A DNA stretch of 64,000 nt from an uncultured Gammaproteobacteria bacterium (GCA_964637955.1 CAZWXQ010000003.1:95154-159153), one strand, 5' to 3'; shown: positions 19,615 to 30,680, numbered from the stretch's first letter. A program made the numbers and translations. Notes: generated by a model from the sequence alone, not told the origin.

Positions 19615-22600
19615 ATGGAATTTCTAAAAAATAAAAAAACAATTCTTTTTGAAATATTATTCCTTTTTCTCCTTAGCCTTGTTCCACTGCTTTGGTTTGA
19701 TTCTGGAAAAGTTGTTGTAGGGCTTGATTCTGGTTATGCAATAGATCATCTTCAGTATTTTCTTCAAAGATCGTTTACATGGTTTGCTCCGCATAATTTT
19801 GGTGTTGATATGTCAATAGAAATTGGTGCTGTTATTTTTAGTTTGATACCGGCACTAGTTACGTTAATTGGATTACCTGATTTTCAAGTTCAAAAGGTTG
19901 TATTTGTATTTTGGTTTTTCATTTTGTCCTTGTCAATGTACTGCTTAACAAGTTATGTTTTTCCAAAAAGAGATCAATGGGGTATTAGAATCCTAGGTGT
20001 TATTTTATATATTTTTAATTTACATATTTATTCATTTTGGCTTCAAGGAGAACAAGCAATTTTCGCATCATATGCACTTTTACCACTAATTTTATTGGTT
20101 CTATTTAGGTTTGTTGATGAAAAAACTACACTTCTAAAGTACGCAATTTATCTAAATATAGTATATTTTCTATTTTCTTCAGGTGGTATAAGAGGAGTAT
20201 CGTTAGTAGGATCAACCTTAGCTTGTTTTTCTTTTGTGTTTTTATATTTTTTTATAGTTAATTTAAAACACAGTAGATTGGCATTCGTTAAAAGATTCTC
20301 CTCTTTACTACTCGTAAGTTTAATAATTTTTATATTCGTGAATATGTATTTCCTTCTTCCATTTCTTGCTTCTTTTGCAATGCAATATGGGAATCAAGTG
20401 AATATTGCAGGTGGAGTTGGTGGGGCTGTTGAATGGGCTCGCTCAATTAGTATTCACACGAGTTTAATAAATATTTTTAGATTAACAGGGGATAATAATT
20501 GGTATGATAAAAATTTTCTATGGTCTTATTCATACTTAACTAACTGGGGTTTGATTTCAATTAGTTTTATATTTCCAATTCTTGCATACACGTCAGTTCT
20601 ACTAGTTAAAGTAAAAAAAGAAAAAGTACTTATTTACTTTTTTGCTCTTTTAAGTCTTCTGGCGATTTTTCTTTCAGCAGGAACACACTCACCGCTAGGA
20701 GGATTGTATGTTTTTCTGATGGAAAAAGTCCCTGGCTTTGCGACTTTTAGGTCTCCATATTATAAATTCATGCCACTCGTATATTTAAGTTATGCATTTT
20801 TAATAAGTGCATCCGTATATTATCTGATTGAAAAATATAACAAAAATAAAAAAAATTTAATATATTCATTAGTCATATTAGGAGTTTTATTTTATAATTA
20901 TCCATTTTTTACTAAATCCAATTTCGTTTTTGATTTTCCGTTTCGATCAATGATGAAAGTACCAGACTATGTAAAGGAACTGCCTAAAGATGAGAAGATA
21001 GATCCTAAATATAGAACTTTAGTTGTTCCGCCATCAAGTTACTTTGCAAATTTACAAGCTTTTAAATGGGGCTATTGGGCAGGATACCCAATTTACTCAT
21101 TAGTTTCAGACAAGCAATTTATTACTAATGATGCATTTGGATTCCAAAAAAATGAAGATGATGTAATAAATGCATTTTATTCAGCTCTTCGAAACGAGCA
21201 ATTTGATCAGTTTAAAATCTTATCAAATAAAACCGCTACAAAATACATTTTAGTAACTAGAGATTTTGCCTATGATTATGACAAGTCAATTACTGAAAAT
21301 CCAGAAATTTATAATCAAATATTAAATAAAAATGATAAAATTTTTAAGAAAGTTCTGACAAAAGGTGAATGGGACTTATACGAAATAAATGACACAAGTC
21401 CTGAGATAATTAGAGTAATTGACAGTTTAGCTTCAATTTCTGAAAAAACTGATTTAGCGAATGCTTCAAGTGCTATAACAACTGATTTTGTATCAGAAAA
21501 AGATATATCAAATGTAAGACTTCCAATTAATGGTAGATTTACTAGTATAAATTGCTTGAGCTGTGATGTATTAGATCAAGGGTTAAGTAGTGATATTTTT
21601 GTGCCTCGTATAATGCCAAAATCGTTTTTTTATCCATACAAGATAAAACGGGAGAAAAATAATTTAAGTAAAATTAACGATAAAGAAGAAAAGCTTAATT
21701 ATTTATTAGGCTTATCGTTGAAAAGAGTTAATGAAATCCAAACAATTGATGTCAAAAGTGATTCATACGATGAATGGATAAATTCAGTAAATTTATGGAA
21801 ATCAAATTGGAATGAAATAAACAAAATTTACTTAGAGAATTATAATAATGAACAAAATCTTGTAATTTTAAAAAGAATATCTGATTACGCCGATCTGGAA
21901 GCAAATATAATAAATAGTAAATTAGATTTAACAAATATAGAACCTGAGAATAAATTGGGTAATTCTATATTGGAAAGTTTAAGCCAAATTAATTCTATTA
22001 ATAAATCTACTCAACAAGTGTTAAATTTTGCCAAATGGAAAGGGAAATATGTTTACGATGTTTCTGAAGTAAATCAAAAGATATATATAAACAAGACTAC
22101 TCTGCAAAAAAAATCTGATGGTGAAGTTTTATATCCAATCTCGTACGAAATTAATGGTGAAACTATAGAATATTCTCCGGAAGATAAATTTATAAAAATC
22201 CCTGAAAAAAATGACGGTAAATTAATTCTAAATTTTAATCTCCCTAACTTGTTTGCTGATGTAAAAAATATAAATTATATAGTTAAAGGGGAATCTAGAA
22301 AATGTTTAAGTTCTAGGGTTCCAGAATATTCTGGATATAAAAAATATTTTATAACTGCAGATCTAATTAAGGATAAAGAGGGTGAAGTTTATATAATTCG
22401 TAAGTTTAGTACTCTAAAAAATCAAAGTATTTCAAATGTTAATGATAAATCGTTAACGAGCTCTACAGCTACGTATAAGTATCCAAGCCCAAAATCAAAT
22501 GGTATTAGTATAAAATTTTCAGGTAATCTCAAAGACGAGAGCGTAGATATTTTATTTTGCTCAAATCAAGATAATATTCCCGAGGAGGTTTTTGATAAAA

Positions 22601-22995
22601 TCGTCGTGAATGAAATCTCAAAACCATCTTTATATGAGTATGAAATAGGAAATGCTAATGCAAATAGTCTGCCCAAAATCACATACGAAAAGATTAATCC
22701 TACAAAATATTCTGTTAAGATAAATGACGCAAAGCAGCCGTTTGTATTAAATTTTTCTGAGAGGTTTTCAACGATTTGGGGACTTAAGGTGAATGGCGAA
22801 AAAAATAATACCCATATAATGTTAAATGGTTTTTCGAATGGTTGGTATATAGATAAAAAAGGCAGTTATGAGATTATAATTTATTTTAATAATCAAAAAT
22901 TATTTAAAGTTGGATTGATTATAAGTTTGATTACATTTTTAATAATCTCAGCTTATTTAATTTGGGATTTTTTAAAGAAAAATGATAGAAAATAA
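19615..22995 (+). CDS. Giant membrane protein (1126 aa): N-terminal multi-TM domain, ~650-aa extracytoplasmic region, C-terminal TM anchor. GT-C-like / YfhO-like candidate.
   Basis: ~14 hydrophobic helices in residues 1-450, long hydrophilic K/N-rich middle, C-terminal 'FKVGLIISLITFLIISAYLIWDFLKK'. Architecture and C-terminal anchor are shared with 30670..32751. Confidence 0.4.
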   Translation: MEFLKNKKTILFEILFLFLLSLVPLLWFDSGKVVVGLDSGYAIDHLQYFLQRSFTWFAPHNFGVDMSIEIGAVIFSLIPALVTLIGLPDFQVQKVVFVFWFFILSLSMYCLTSYVFPKRDQWGIRILGVILYIFNLHIYSFWLQGEQAIFASYALLPLILLVLFRFVDEKTTLLKYAIYLNIVYFLFSSGGIRGVSLVGSTLACFSFVFLYFFIVNLKHSRLAFVKRFSSLLLVSLIIFIFVNMYFLLPFLASFAMQYGNQVNIAGGVGGAVEWARSISIHTSLINIFRLTGDNNWYDKNFLWSYSYLTNWGLISISFIFPILAYTSVLLVKVKKEKVLIYFFALLSLLAIFLSAGTHSPLGGLYVFLMEKVPGFATFRSPYYKFMPLVYLSYAFLISASVYYLIEKYNKNKKNLIYSLVILGVLFYNYPFFTKSNFVFDFPFRSMMKVPDYVKELPKDEKIDPKYRTLVVPPSSYFANLQAFKWGYWAGYPIYSLVSDKQFITNDAFGFQKNEDDVINAFYSALRNEQFDQFKILSNKTATKYILVTRDFAYDYDKSITENPEIYNQILNKNDKIFKKVLTKGEWDLYEINDTSPEIIRVIDSLASISEKTDLANASSAITTDFVSEKDISNVRLPINGRFTSINCLSCDVLDQGLSSDIFVPRIMPKSFFYPYKIKREKNNLSKINDKEEKLNYLLGLSLKRVNEIQTIDVKSDSYDEWINSVNLWKSNWNEINKIYLENYNNEQNLVILKRISDYADLEANIINSKLDLTNIEPENKLGNSILESLSQINSINKSTQQVLNFAKWKGKYVYDVSEVNQKIYINKTTLQKKSDGEVLYPISYEINGETIEYSPEDKFIKIPEKNDGKLILNFNLPNLFADVKNINYIVKGESRKCLSSRVPEYSGYKKYFITADLIKDKEGEVYIIRKFSTLKNQSISNVNDKSLTSSTATYKYPSPKSNGISIKFSGNLKDESVDILFCSNQDNIPEEVFDKIVVNEISKPSLYEYEIGNANANSLPKITYEKINPTKYSVKINDAKQPFVLNFSERFSTIWGLKVNGEKNNTHIMLNGFSNGWYIDKKGSYEIIIYFNNQKLFKVGLIISLITFLIISAYLIWDFLKKNDRK

Positions 22996-23308
22996 AATTT
23001 ATTTCGAGAAAAGAAGATTTTACTTAGGCTTACTTATTATATTTTTGAGTTTTGTTGTCCTGCCTCAAATTCCTTATTTAAATTTGATATTAACTTATTT
23101 AATGACAGGATTTATTTGTTTTGGAATAATATTAATTGTTGGATTTCGAGGATTGGATCTAGTAAGAGCTGGGATTTTATTGTTTGTGTGTATGCTATTT
23201 CTTGAATTATTTGGAAGTTCATATTTAGTTGAGGTTCTTGGAAATGTTGCTTATTTTATAATCCTGATAGGGTTACTTAGTCTAATTAGGTCACTTATTA
23301 AAAAATGA
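22982..23308 (+). CDS. Small membrane protein (108 aa, 3-4 TM), unknown function
   Basis: Hydrophobic segments only; translationally coupled to flanking genes. Confidence 0.3.
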   Translation: MIENKIYFEKRRFYLGLLIIFLSFVVLPQIPYLNLILTYLMTGFICFGIILIVGFRGLDLVRAGILLFVCMLFLELFGSSYLVEVLGNVAYFIILIGLLSLIRSLIKK

Positions 23309-23922
23309 ATATTACTAAAAGTTTTAAAAATAAAGGATTTAGGCTATCATCCTATTTGATATTCAAAGTTTTTTTAAATCGAATTCGTTCGAATTTAAGA
23401 ATATTGTTTTTTAATTTTTTAGGATTTAAAATTGATTCTTCCGTAACACTCGAAAAAAATATTGAACTATTCCAGGGTAAAAAAAACGCAATAAAAATTG
23501 GAGAGAAATCATTCATTGGGTATGGTGTAAGAATTAAAGCTGGATTTGATGGCGAGATAGAAATTGGCAAAAATGTTTACGTTCATGATTACACTTTTAT
23601 TTTTGCACATAGCAAGTTAATCATTGGTGACAATACGCTTATTTCGCCAAATGTTTTTATTACTGATTTTGATCATAAGTATCCTCACTCTAAATATAAA
23701 AATTTATTATCTAGTAAGGATGGTTATGTAGATAAAACTGTTTTTATCGGTAAAAATGTTTGGATCGGAGCTAATTCAGTGATTTTGCCAGGTGTTTCTA
23801 TCGGAGATGATTCTGTAGTCGGAGCTGGTTCAATTGTAACTAAAAATGTTCCTTCTGGTTCTATTGCTGTAGGAAATCCAGCAAGGGTTGTGAAAAAGAT
23901 TTATGAAACAAAAAAAAGATAA
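23305..23922 (+). CDS. Hexapeptide-repeat acetyltransferase (maltose/galactoside O-acetyltransferase-like)
   Basis: 'GKNVWIGANSVILPGVSIGDDSVVGAGSIVTKNVPSGSIAVGNPARVV'. Confidence 0.75.
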   Translation: MNITKSFKNKGFRLSSYLIFKVFLNRIRSNLRILFFNFLGFKIDSSVTLEKNIELFQGKKNAIKIGEKSFIGYGVRIKAGFDGEIEIGKNVYVHDYTFIFAHSKLIIGDNTLISPNVFITDFDHKYPHSKYKNLLSSKDGYVDKTVFIGKNVWIGANSVILPGVSIGDDSVVGAGSIVTKNVPSGSIAVGNPARVVKKIYETKKR

Positions 23923-24970
23923 ATACCCTCTAGTAAATATTATAATTTTAACTTTTAACCAGTTTAATTTTGTTGGGGAATGCATAGAAGCAGTAATCAA
24001 GAGTAATTATCCAAATTTAAAATTTTATTTGGTTGATAATAATTCGAATCATTCTGACTATAAAGAATTTTATGAGAAATTTAAAAATACGAATAATATT
24101 GAATTTTTTAGACTTAAAGAAAATATTGGTTTTGCTGGCGGATGTAACTATGCGTTAAAAAAAATTAAATCTGGATATATAGTTTTTTTAAATGATGATG
24201 TTATCGTAGATAAAGATTGGTTAATGCCAATAATTTCATACATGGAAGAAAATCCTGAAGTGGGTGCATGTCAGCCGAAGATAAAAAATATGAGAAAAAA
24301 GAATGAATTTGAGTACGCCGGTGCAGCAGGAGGATTTATGGATGTATATGGATATCCATTTGCGAGAGGTAGATTATTTTTTAACTATGAAAAAGATAAA
24401 GGTCAATATGATTCGATTACTGATTTAGTTTGGTGCTCTGGAGCATGTTTAATTACAAATGTAAATGTTATTAAAAATGTAGGTCTATTTGATGAAATAT
24501 TTTTTATATATGGAGATGAATCTGATTTATGTTGGCGTATGCATTTAAAAGGATACAAGTTAAAATACATTCCCGCTTCTGTCGTTTATCATCATGGATC
24601 GGGGACTATGAGTAAATTTAAATTTAAAAAAACATTTTTGCATCACAGAAATGGTCTTATTTTGCTTTTGAAAAATTATAGATTACATGAGTTGATTCGC
24701 TATCTACCTATTAGAATAGTTTTTGATTACATAGCTTTTTGGTATTATCTTTTAGTTAATCGTGAAATTAAAAATGCGATTGCAGTTCCGTTAGCGCATT
24801 TAAGTGTTCTATATAATTTTCCTTATTTATATTCATATAGAAAAAAAACGCTGAGAGATAATTTAAATTTTTCTGGTTACCCTTTGTATAAAAAAAGTAT
24901 AATAATAGAATATTTTTTACTTGGAAAGAAAAAATTTAGTCAATTAGATGATGGTAAATTTGTAAGATGA
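23903..24970 (+). CDS. Glycosyltransferase family 2
   Basis: 'LVNIIILTFNQFNFVGECIEAVIKSNYPNLKFYLVDNNS', 'LNDDVIV' DxD motif. Confidence 0.7.
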   Translation: MKQKKDKYPLVNIIILTFNQFNFVGECIEAVIKSNYPNLKFYLVDNNSNHSDYKEFYEKFKNTNNIEFFRLKENIGFAGGCNYALKKIKSGYIVFLNDDVIVDKDWLMPIISYMEENPEVGACQPKIKNMRKKNEFEYAGAAGGFMDVYGYPFARGRLFFNYEKDKGQYDSITDLVWCSGACLITNVNVIKNVGLFDEIFFIYGDESDLCWRMHLKGYKLKYIPASVVYHHGSGTMSKFKFKKTFLHHRNGLILLLKNYRLHELIRYLPIRIVFDYIAFWYYLLVNREIKNAIAVPLAHLSVLYNFPYLYSYRKKTLRDNLNFSGYPLYKKSIIIEYFLLGKKKFSQLDDGKFVR

Positions 24971-26004
24971 AAAAAAATACTAAACCAATATTAATAACAG
25001 GTGGTTGTGGATTTGTTGGTCGGAACCTGATCCGAAAATTAAAAAGCGAAAAAGATATTTGGGTGATTGATGATTTATCAATCGGTCAAGATCCTAAGAG
25101 ATGGTTGGGATCTTATAAATTAAAAAATAAGAAGAAAAACATGACTATTTATGAAGATAAAAATCAGTCAATAACTTTTATTAAAGCAGATTTGATAGAT
25201 GTTTTAAGAGCTGAAGAAAAAGATAAAAGATTGCCTAATTTTAATAAGATATATCATTTCGCATCAATAGTGGGGGGTAGAGCATTAATCGATGGAGATC
25301 CAATTCGGATTGGTAAAGATCTAGCTATTGATTCAATTTTCTTTTTTTGGCTAACCCAATTTAATAGAGAGGTCGATGGAGTCCTTTATGCCAGTTCCAG
25401 CGCTGCCTATCCAGTTTCTATTCAGAATAAGAAGAATGCAAAAGCATTAAAAGAAAAAGATTTAGATTTTTCATTAAATTTAGGAGTTCCCGATATGACA
25501 TATGGATGGAGTAAGTTAACTGGTGAATATCTAAGTAGATTAGCAGCCCAAAGGTATTCAATTCCAGTCTCTTGTGTGAGGCCATTTTCAGGGTATGGAG
25601 AAGATCAGGATTTCACTTATCCAATACCTGCAATTGCGAAAAGAGCAGTTCTTAAGGAGAATCCTTTTGATGTTTGGGGCAATGGAAAGCAAGGTAGAGA
25701 TTTTGTGCATATTGATGATTGTATCGCTGCATTTTTTATTATTATGAAAAATATTAAAGACGGTAAAGCATGTAATATTGGTAGCGGAAAGCTTACAACG
25801 TTTATCGATGTCATTAAAATTTTTACTTCTTTTTCTGATTATAGTCCAAAGATAAATAAACTTATAGATAAGCCAACTGGTGTTTCAGCCAGATATGCCG
25901 ATACTAAATTAATAAACAGTTTTGGGTGGAAGCCTAAAATTTCAAATACAGAGGGTTTTAAGCGCGTTTTTGATTATGTAAATGAAAGTATAATGGATAA
26001 ATAA
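24967..26004 (+). CDS. NAD-dependent sugar-nucleotide epimerase/dehydratase (extended SDR)
   Basis: 'ILITGGCGFVGRNL', 'YGWSKLTGE'. Confidence 0.65.
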   Translation: MKKNTKPILITGGCGFVGRNLIRKLKSEKDIWVIDDLSIGQDPKRWLGSYKLKNKKKNMTIYEDKNQSITFIKADLIDVLRAEEKDKRLPNFNKIYHFASIVGGRALIDGDPIRIGKDLAIDSIFFFWLTQFNREVDGVLYASSSAAYPVSIQNKKNAKALKEKDLDFSLNLGVPDMTYGWSKLTGEYLSRLAAQRYSIPVSCVRPFSGYGEDQDFTYPIPAIAKRAVLKENPFDVWGNGKQGRDFVHIDDCIAAFFIIMKNIKDGKACNIGSGKLTTFIDVIKIFTSFSDYSPKINKLIDKPTGVSARYADTKLINSFGWKPKISNTEGFKRVFDYVNESIMDK

Positions 26005-26005
26005 T

Positions 26006-27211
26006 ATGAAAACTGTTTTTGTAGCCAATTTTTTACCAGATACAAATTATACGAGAGATCTTAGTCAGGGTTTTATACAGATCATGAAAAAGAATGATGA
26101 ATTGTATCTTTGTGGAAGAAAAAATGAACCTGTTTTAGATGGAAAAATGCCTGAGGTAGATTTAGTTTGGAAAAAAGGGGTTTTCCCATATATTTCTATT
26201 ATCAAATATATATATTCTAAAAAGGCTCAAGTAGTACATGTTCAGCATGAATTCAAGACGTATGGAGGAATACTTTCGGCAATTCTTTTCCCATGGTTTA
26301 TACTAGCATTAAGATTATTGCGTCTTAAGGTAGTTATTACGTCTCATGGAATAGTTTCTAGAAAGCAGTTATCGAAAGATTTTCTAGAAGGTTTTGGTCT
26401 TAGCTATAATTTGTTAAATCTATTTTTAGTAAAAAGTTTTTTAACGTACAGCTATAAATTAATAATTTATTTTGCAAATTGCACTACGGTTCATTCGCCA
26501 TTTCTTAGAGAGATATTAACAAATGAGTATAAATGTAGTCCTAAGAAAGTAGTTTTTGTTGAACATGGAATTAGAGAAATTAAGGACATTTCACTTCTTC
26601 CTAAAAATCCTAAGATTTATAAAAAATATCCAAAACTTAAAAATAAGAATATTATTTTAGTCTTTGGATATTTTTCTCCGCGTAAAGGATTTGAATTTTT
26701 ACTCGAAGGATTTTCAGATTTAATAAAATCTGAAAAAGTTGATAATTGGATAATGGTTTTTGCTGGAGATGTGAATAAAGAATTTTTGCCATATAAATTA
26801 AAAATTGATAAATTAATAAAAAATAAAAAGCTTGATAAGTACACGCTGATTACTGGGTTTATAGATGCGGTTGAAGTTGACGAATTTTATAGACTGGCAA
26901 AAATTTCAGTAATTCCAGCTGCATATTCATTTAATACAAGTGGGGCTCTTGCTATGACTCTTGCATATAGAAAGCCTTTAATGGTTTCAAATGTTAAACC
27001 AATTTCTGAAGAAATAAGATTAAATAAATTCGGATTACTATACGATTTAGGTGGAAAAAATTCATTTGAAAATCAATTCAAGAAAATGATATCTGATAAG
27101 AAAACTTATTCTTTGATTAAGTCAACCCTAGATAAAGAAACTCCTAGAAGATTTTGGAAAAATATAGCACTTGAACACTATAAACTGTATTCTAAAATTT
27201 TAAAATCATGA
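26006..27211 (+). CDS. GT-B-fold glycosyltransferase (GT4-like, divergent)
   Basis: Two-domain size. C-terminal 'KISVIPAAYSFNTSGALAMTLAYRKPLMVS' resembles the GT4 C-terminal motif but lacks the E-x7-E. Confidence 0.45.
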   Translation: MKTVFVANFLPDTNYTRDLSQGFIQIMKKNDELYLCGRKNEPVLDGKMPEVDLVWKKGVFPYISIIKYIYSKKAQVVHVQHEFKTYGGILSAILFPWFILALRLLRLKVVITSHGIVSRKQLSKDFLEGFGLSYNLLNLFLVKSFLTYSYKLIIYFANCTTVHSPFLREILTNEYKCSPKKVVFVEHGIREIKDISLLPKNPKIYKKYPKLKNKNIILVFGYFSPRKGFEFLLEGFSDLIKSEKVDNWIMVFAGDVNKEFLPYKLKIDKLIKNKKLDKYTLITGFIDAVEVDEFYRLAKISVIPAAYSFNTSGALAMTLAYRKPLMVSNVKPISEEIRLNKFGLLYDLGGKNSFENQFKKMISDKKTYSLIKSTLDKETPRRFWKNIALEHYKLYSKILKS

Positions 27212-29007
27212 AGATATTAGGTATTCACTTAAGAACTCATGATACTTCTGTTGTTTTCATAGAAGATGGAAAAGTAGTTTATGGCGCTTCAAATGAACGA
27301 TTTTCTCGAGTAAAAATGGATAGAAATGCTCCTATTGGTGCATTAAAAAACTTTTTAGAATATACAAAAATAAAACCAAAGGATATAGATATAGTAACCT
27401 ATGTTGAAGATCCATTTCCAAAGTCACTGCTTTTAAATTTTAAGGAAAATAGTTGGCCAATAACGTCAACTAGAGGAGAATATTTATTGTGGCTTAAAAA
27501 GCCTTCGCTAATTATTGCAGAAATGTTAATTGCACCTGGAATTTTGAGCTATTTATATAGATATATCTATGCAAGGCTAAAGGTAAGAGGGTTACTGAAG
27601 GGGTTTAAAGGAAAAACTTATCTTGATCATCATCATATGGCTCATCTGCACTCAGCTTATTACACCTCTGGTTGGAAGGATTGTTTGGTAATGGCGAACG
27701 AAGGATCAGGTTTTCCTCAAACTCTTTCTATATATCATGTAAATAATGGAGTTTGGGAAAAGATTATTGAGAATAAGCTACCAAACTCGATGGGCAAATT
27801 TTATGAATTAGTTACTGAAATTCTTGGATTTAATAGGCATAGGCATCCAGGTAAGATAACTGGATTATCAGCATATGGAAACTCGAAAATCGCATATGGA
27901 TTCGTCAAGAAATTAATGTGGGTTAAGAATGACAAATTAATTTTGAACCACAGAATGTATCTTAAAATTTTAGCCTATTATCTTAATAATAAAAAAATCC
28001 CACCCGAGCTTAAGAATTATAAAAGAGAGGATATTTCCGCTGCTTTTCAAAAGCGCCTCGAAGATTGTATTTGCGAATTGGTCTCTTATGCAGCTAAAAA
28101 GACAGGTGAAAATAAAATTGCATTAGCTGGAGGAGTAGCAGCAAACGTTAAGGCGAACCAAAAAATATATGAGTTACCAGAAATTAAAGAAATATTTATT
28201 CATCAAGCAATGGGTGATGATGGTTTGGCAACCGGTGCAGCAATGCATGCTGCTTATTTGAATGGGGAAAATATTAAAAAGCCATCAAATGTTTACTTAG
28301 GACCCGATTTTTCAAATGTACAAATTGAAAAAACATTAAAGAAATTTAGTTTAAGATATAAAAAAGTTACAAATATTGAAAAGAAAGTCGCCGAAATACT
28401 TTCTGATGGAAAAGTAGTTGCTCGTTTTGAAGGTAGAATGGAGTACGGACCCAGAGCTTTAGGAAATAGGTCAATTTTATTCCATACTAAGGATAAAAGC
28501 GTAAATGATTGGCTTAATAAAAAATTAAAAAGAACCGAGTTTATGCCATTTGCTCCAGTTACACTCGAAGAATATGCAAATAATTGTTATAAAAATCTTG
28601 ATGGGGCAATGCACGCTGCTAAGTTCATGACCCTGACATTTGAATGCACGCCTTACATGAAAAAAGTAAGTCCAGCATGTGTTCATGTGGATAATACTGC
28701 TCGACCTCAAATAATTACAAAAACAGATAATCCAAAATATTATAAATTGTTATCCGAATATTTTAAACTAACTGGGATACCAAGCCTTGTTAATACAAGT
28801 TTTAACATGCATGAAGAGCCAATTGTTTGCACTCCAGATGACGCAGTGAGAGCATTTTTATCATCGCAAATTGACTACTTATCAATTGGTGATTTTTTAA
28901 TTAGTATTGATCAGAATATTAAGGTTTCTGAAAATTTCATAATGAATTTAGAAATAAAAAATAAAAATAAATCCAATAGTAATTTTATTAATTTTTTAAA
29001 TCATTAA
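27208..29007 (+). CDS. NodU/CmcH-family carbamoyltransferase
   Basis: N-terminal 'MKILGIHLRTHDTSVVFIEDGKVVYGASNERFSRVK' and 'HHHMAHLHSAYYTSG' HxxAH motif. ~599 aa is typical of O-carbamoyltransferases. Confidence 0.75.
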   Translation: MKILGIHLRTHDTSVVFIEDGKVVYGASNERFSRVKMDRNAPIGALKNFLEYTKIKPKDIDIVTYVEDPFPKSLLLNFKENSWPITSTRGEYLLWLKKPSLIIAEMLIAPGILSYLYRYIYARLKVRGLLKGFKGKTYLDHHHMAHLHSAYYTSGWKDCLVMANEGSGFPQTLSIYHVNNGVWEKIIENKLPNSMGKFYELVTEILGFNRHRHPGKITGLSAYGNSKIAYGFVKKLMWVKNDKLILNHRMYLKILAYYLNNKKIPPELKNYKREDISAAFQKRLEDCICELVSYAAKKTGENKIALAGGVAANVKANQKIYELPEIKEIFIHQAMGDDGLATGAAMHAAYLNGENIKKPSNVYLGPDFSNVQIEKTLKKFSLRYKKVTNIEKKVAEILSDGKVVARFEGRMEYGPRALGNRSILFHTKDKSVNDWLNKKLKRTEFMPFAPVTLEEYANNCYKNLDGAMHAAKFMTLTFECTPYMKKVSPACVHVDNTARPQIITKTDNPKYYKLLSEYFKLTGIPSLVNTSFNMHEEPIVCTPDDAVRAFLSSQIDYLSIGDFLISIDQNIKVSENFIMNLEIKNKNKSNSNFINFLNH

Positions 29008-30680
29008 TGTTAAAAAAATACAGAATTTATTTGTTATATTTCTTATTATTTTTTGGGTTAATTTTATTATTCACAAACGGACTTTTTAATAATTTTTTTG
29101 AACAAGATGAGTGGGGTGCTTTTGGAGATATAATCTATTTTCATAATCTAAATCCTATCGACTTTTTTATAAGTAAAGGTATCCATTTTACTCCGTTTGG
29201 ATTTATTTATTGGTTTATTCTTTATAAAATTTTTGCATTCAATGCTCAAGTATATATTTTAATTGAACTTCTGGTTCATACTTTTGCAAGTTTATTAGTT
29301 GTAATTCTTGCAACAAGACTTACTGGAAATAAAAAAATTGGTTTGTTAACTGGAATATTGTTTGCAACTAACGGTAGGGCTAATCAAGCATTCACTCATC
29401 TTGCAATTTTTTCTACGACAATTTCTGCATTTATTTTAATAATCTCCTTTTTTATCTATCTTAGTTATATTAAGGAGAAGAAAATATCTTATAAAAATAT
29501 TATTATTCTTTTTTTAATTTTTATCTCAGCACTCTTTTTTAGAGAAGAATGTTTTATAATAATCCCATTATTTATTTATTATTTATTTTTCTTCGATAGG
29601 TCTAAAATAAGTTCAAAAAATATACCTCAATTTTCATTATTTGCAGGCGGAATTATTTTATTTATTGTCTTTAGATTCGTATCGCAAATCTTCAATACGA
29701 CTCCCATACCCGTGGGGAGTGGAGTTTATAAATTATCAATTATTTATAACTTAGTTACATTACCATTTAAATTTATTGTTTTAAATTTAGTTGACGGAAT
29801 CAGAATTTTAAACTTCTTTGTTATCAACAGTCAAAGAATATATAACGACCAGCAAATTAATTTTATTCAAAATTATCCAGTTTTCATCGATATGGCGGTA
29901 TTTTTTATATTTTCAATCATTGGTATTTTATTTTCATTTTGGTTGTATAAATTTAATAATAAAAAAATATTAATTATTTTAGGATTTTCTTTGCTTTGGA
30001 TTTTATCTAATGTTCTTATTTTGTCAATTGTCGGAAGAAATTTATATGTCGTTGAGAGAAGATATTTATACTTCTCAAGCTTTCCAGTGCTTATGGTACT
30101 TTCTATGGTTTTATATTATGTTTATACATCTACATCATCGAAATTATTAACTTCTTATATAAAAAAATTTATTGTAATTTGCACTATTGCGATATTATTA
30201 ATTACATCTTATTCTGAGATTCAGCAAGAGGTTGCTTATAAAGAAAAGAATGCCAATGTAAGAAAAAAAATAATAAGCAGTATGCTTGAAAATTATCCTA
30301 CAATTCCCAAAGATACGATTTTTTATATCAATTGTAAGAATAAATGCTATAGCAATGTGACTTTTGGTATTCCAAATGAATATGTTTTGCCATTTTCTTC
30401 AGGTCCTGGTTGGATAATACTTACTCAGTACGCCAAGGGAAATGAGAAGACGTGGGGAAAATTATTAACAAATAATTTCCTCTTGGGACTTGGAAGTGAA
30501 GGATATAATAAGGAAGGTGATTATGGTTTTGGGTATTTTGTAGATTACAATAATCTGAAGTCTACCTTGAAAGAAAAAAAAATACCTACAAGTACTGTGA
30601 TTGCATTAAAATATGATGAGAAGAACTTTAAATTCATTGATGTTTCAAAGCAGATTAGAAATAAATTAAATGAAAATTAA
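29007..30680 (+). CDS. Polytopic membrane protein, GT-C-like glycosyltransferase candidate
   Basis: 557 aa, >10 TM helices, 'FFEQDEWGAFGD' acidic motif in the first loop, C-terminal soluble domain. Confidence 0.4.
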   Translation: MLKKYRIYLLYFLLFFGLILLFTNGLFNNFFEQDEWGAFGDIIYFHNLNPIDFFISKGIHFTPFGFIYWFILYKIFAFNAQVYILIELLVHTFASLLVVILATRLTGNKKIGLLTGILFATNGRANQAFTHLAIFSTTISAFILIISFFIYLSYIKEKKISYKNIIILFLIFISALFFREECFIIIPLFIYYLFFFDRSKISSKNIPQFSLFAGGIILFIVFRFVSQIFNTTPIPVGSGVYKLSIIYNLVTLPFKFIVLNLVDGIRILNFFVINSQRIYNDQQINFIQNYPVFIDMAVFFIFSIIGILFSFWLYKFNNKKILIILGFSLLWILSNVLILSIVGRNLYVVERRYLYFSSFPVLMVLSMVLYYVYTSTSSKLLTSYIKKFIVICTIAILLITSYSEIQQEVAYKEKNANVRKKIISSMLENYPTIPKDTIFYINCKNKCYSNVTFGIPNEYVLPFSSGPGWIILTQYAKGNEKTWGKLLTNNFLLGLGSEGYNKEGDYGFGYFVDYNNLKSTLKEKKIPTSTVIALKYDEKNFKFIDVSKQIRNKLNEN

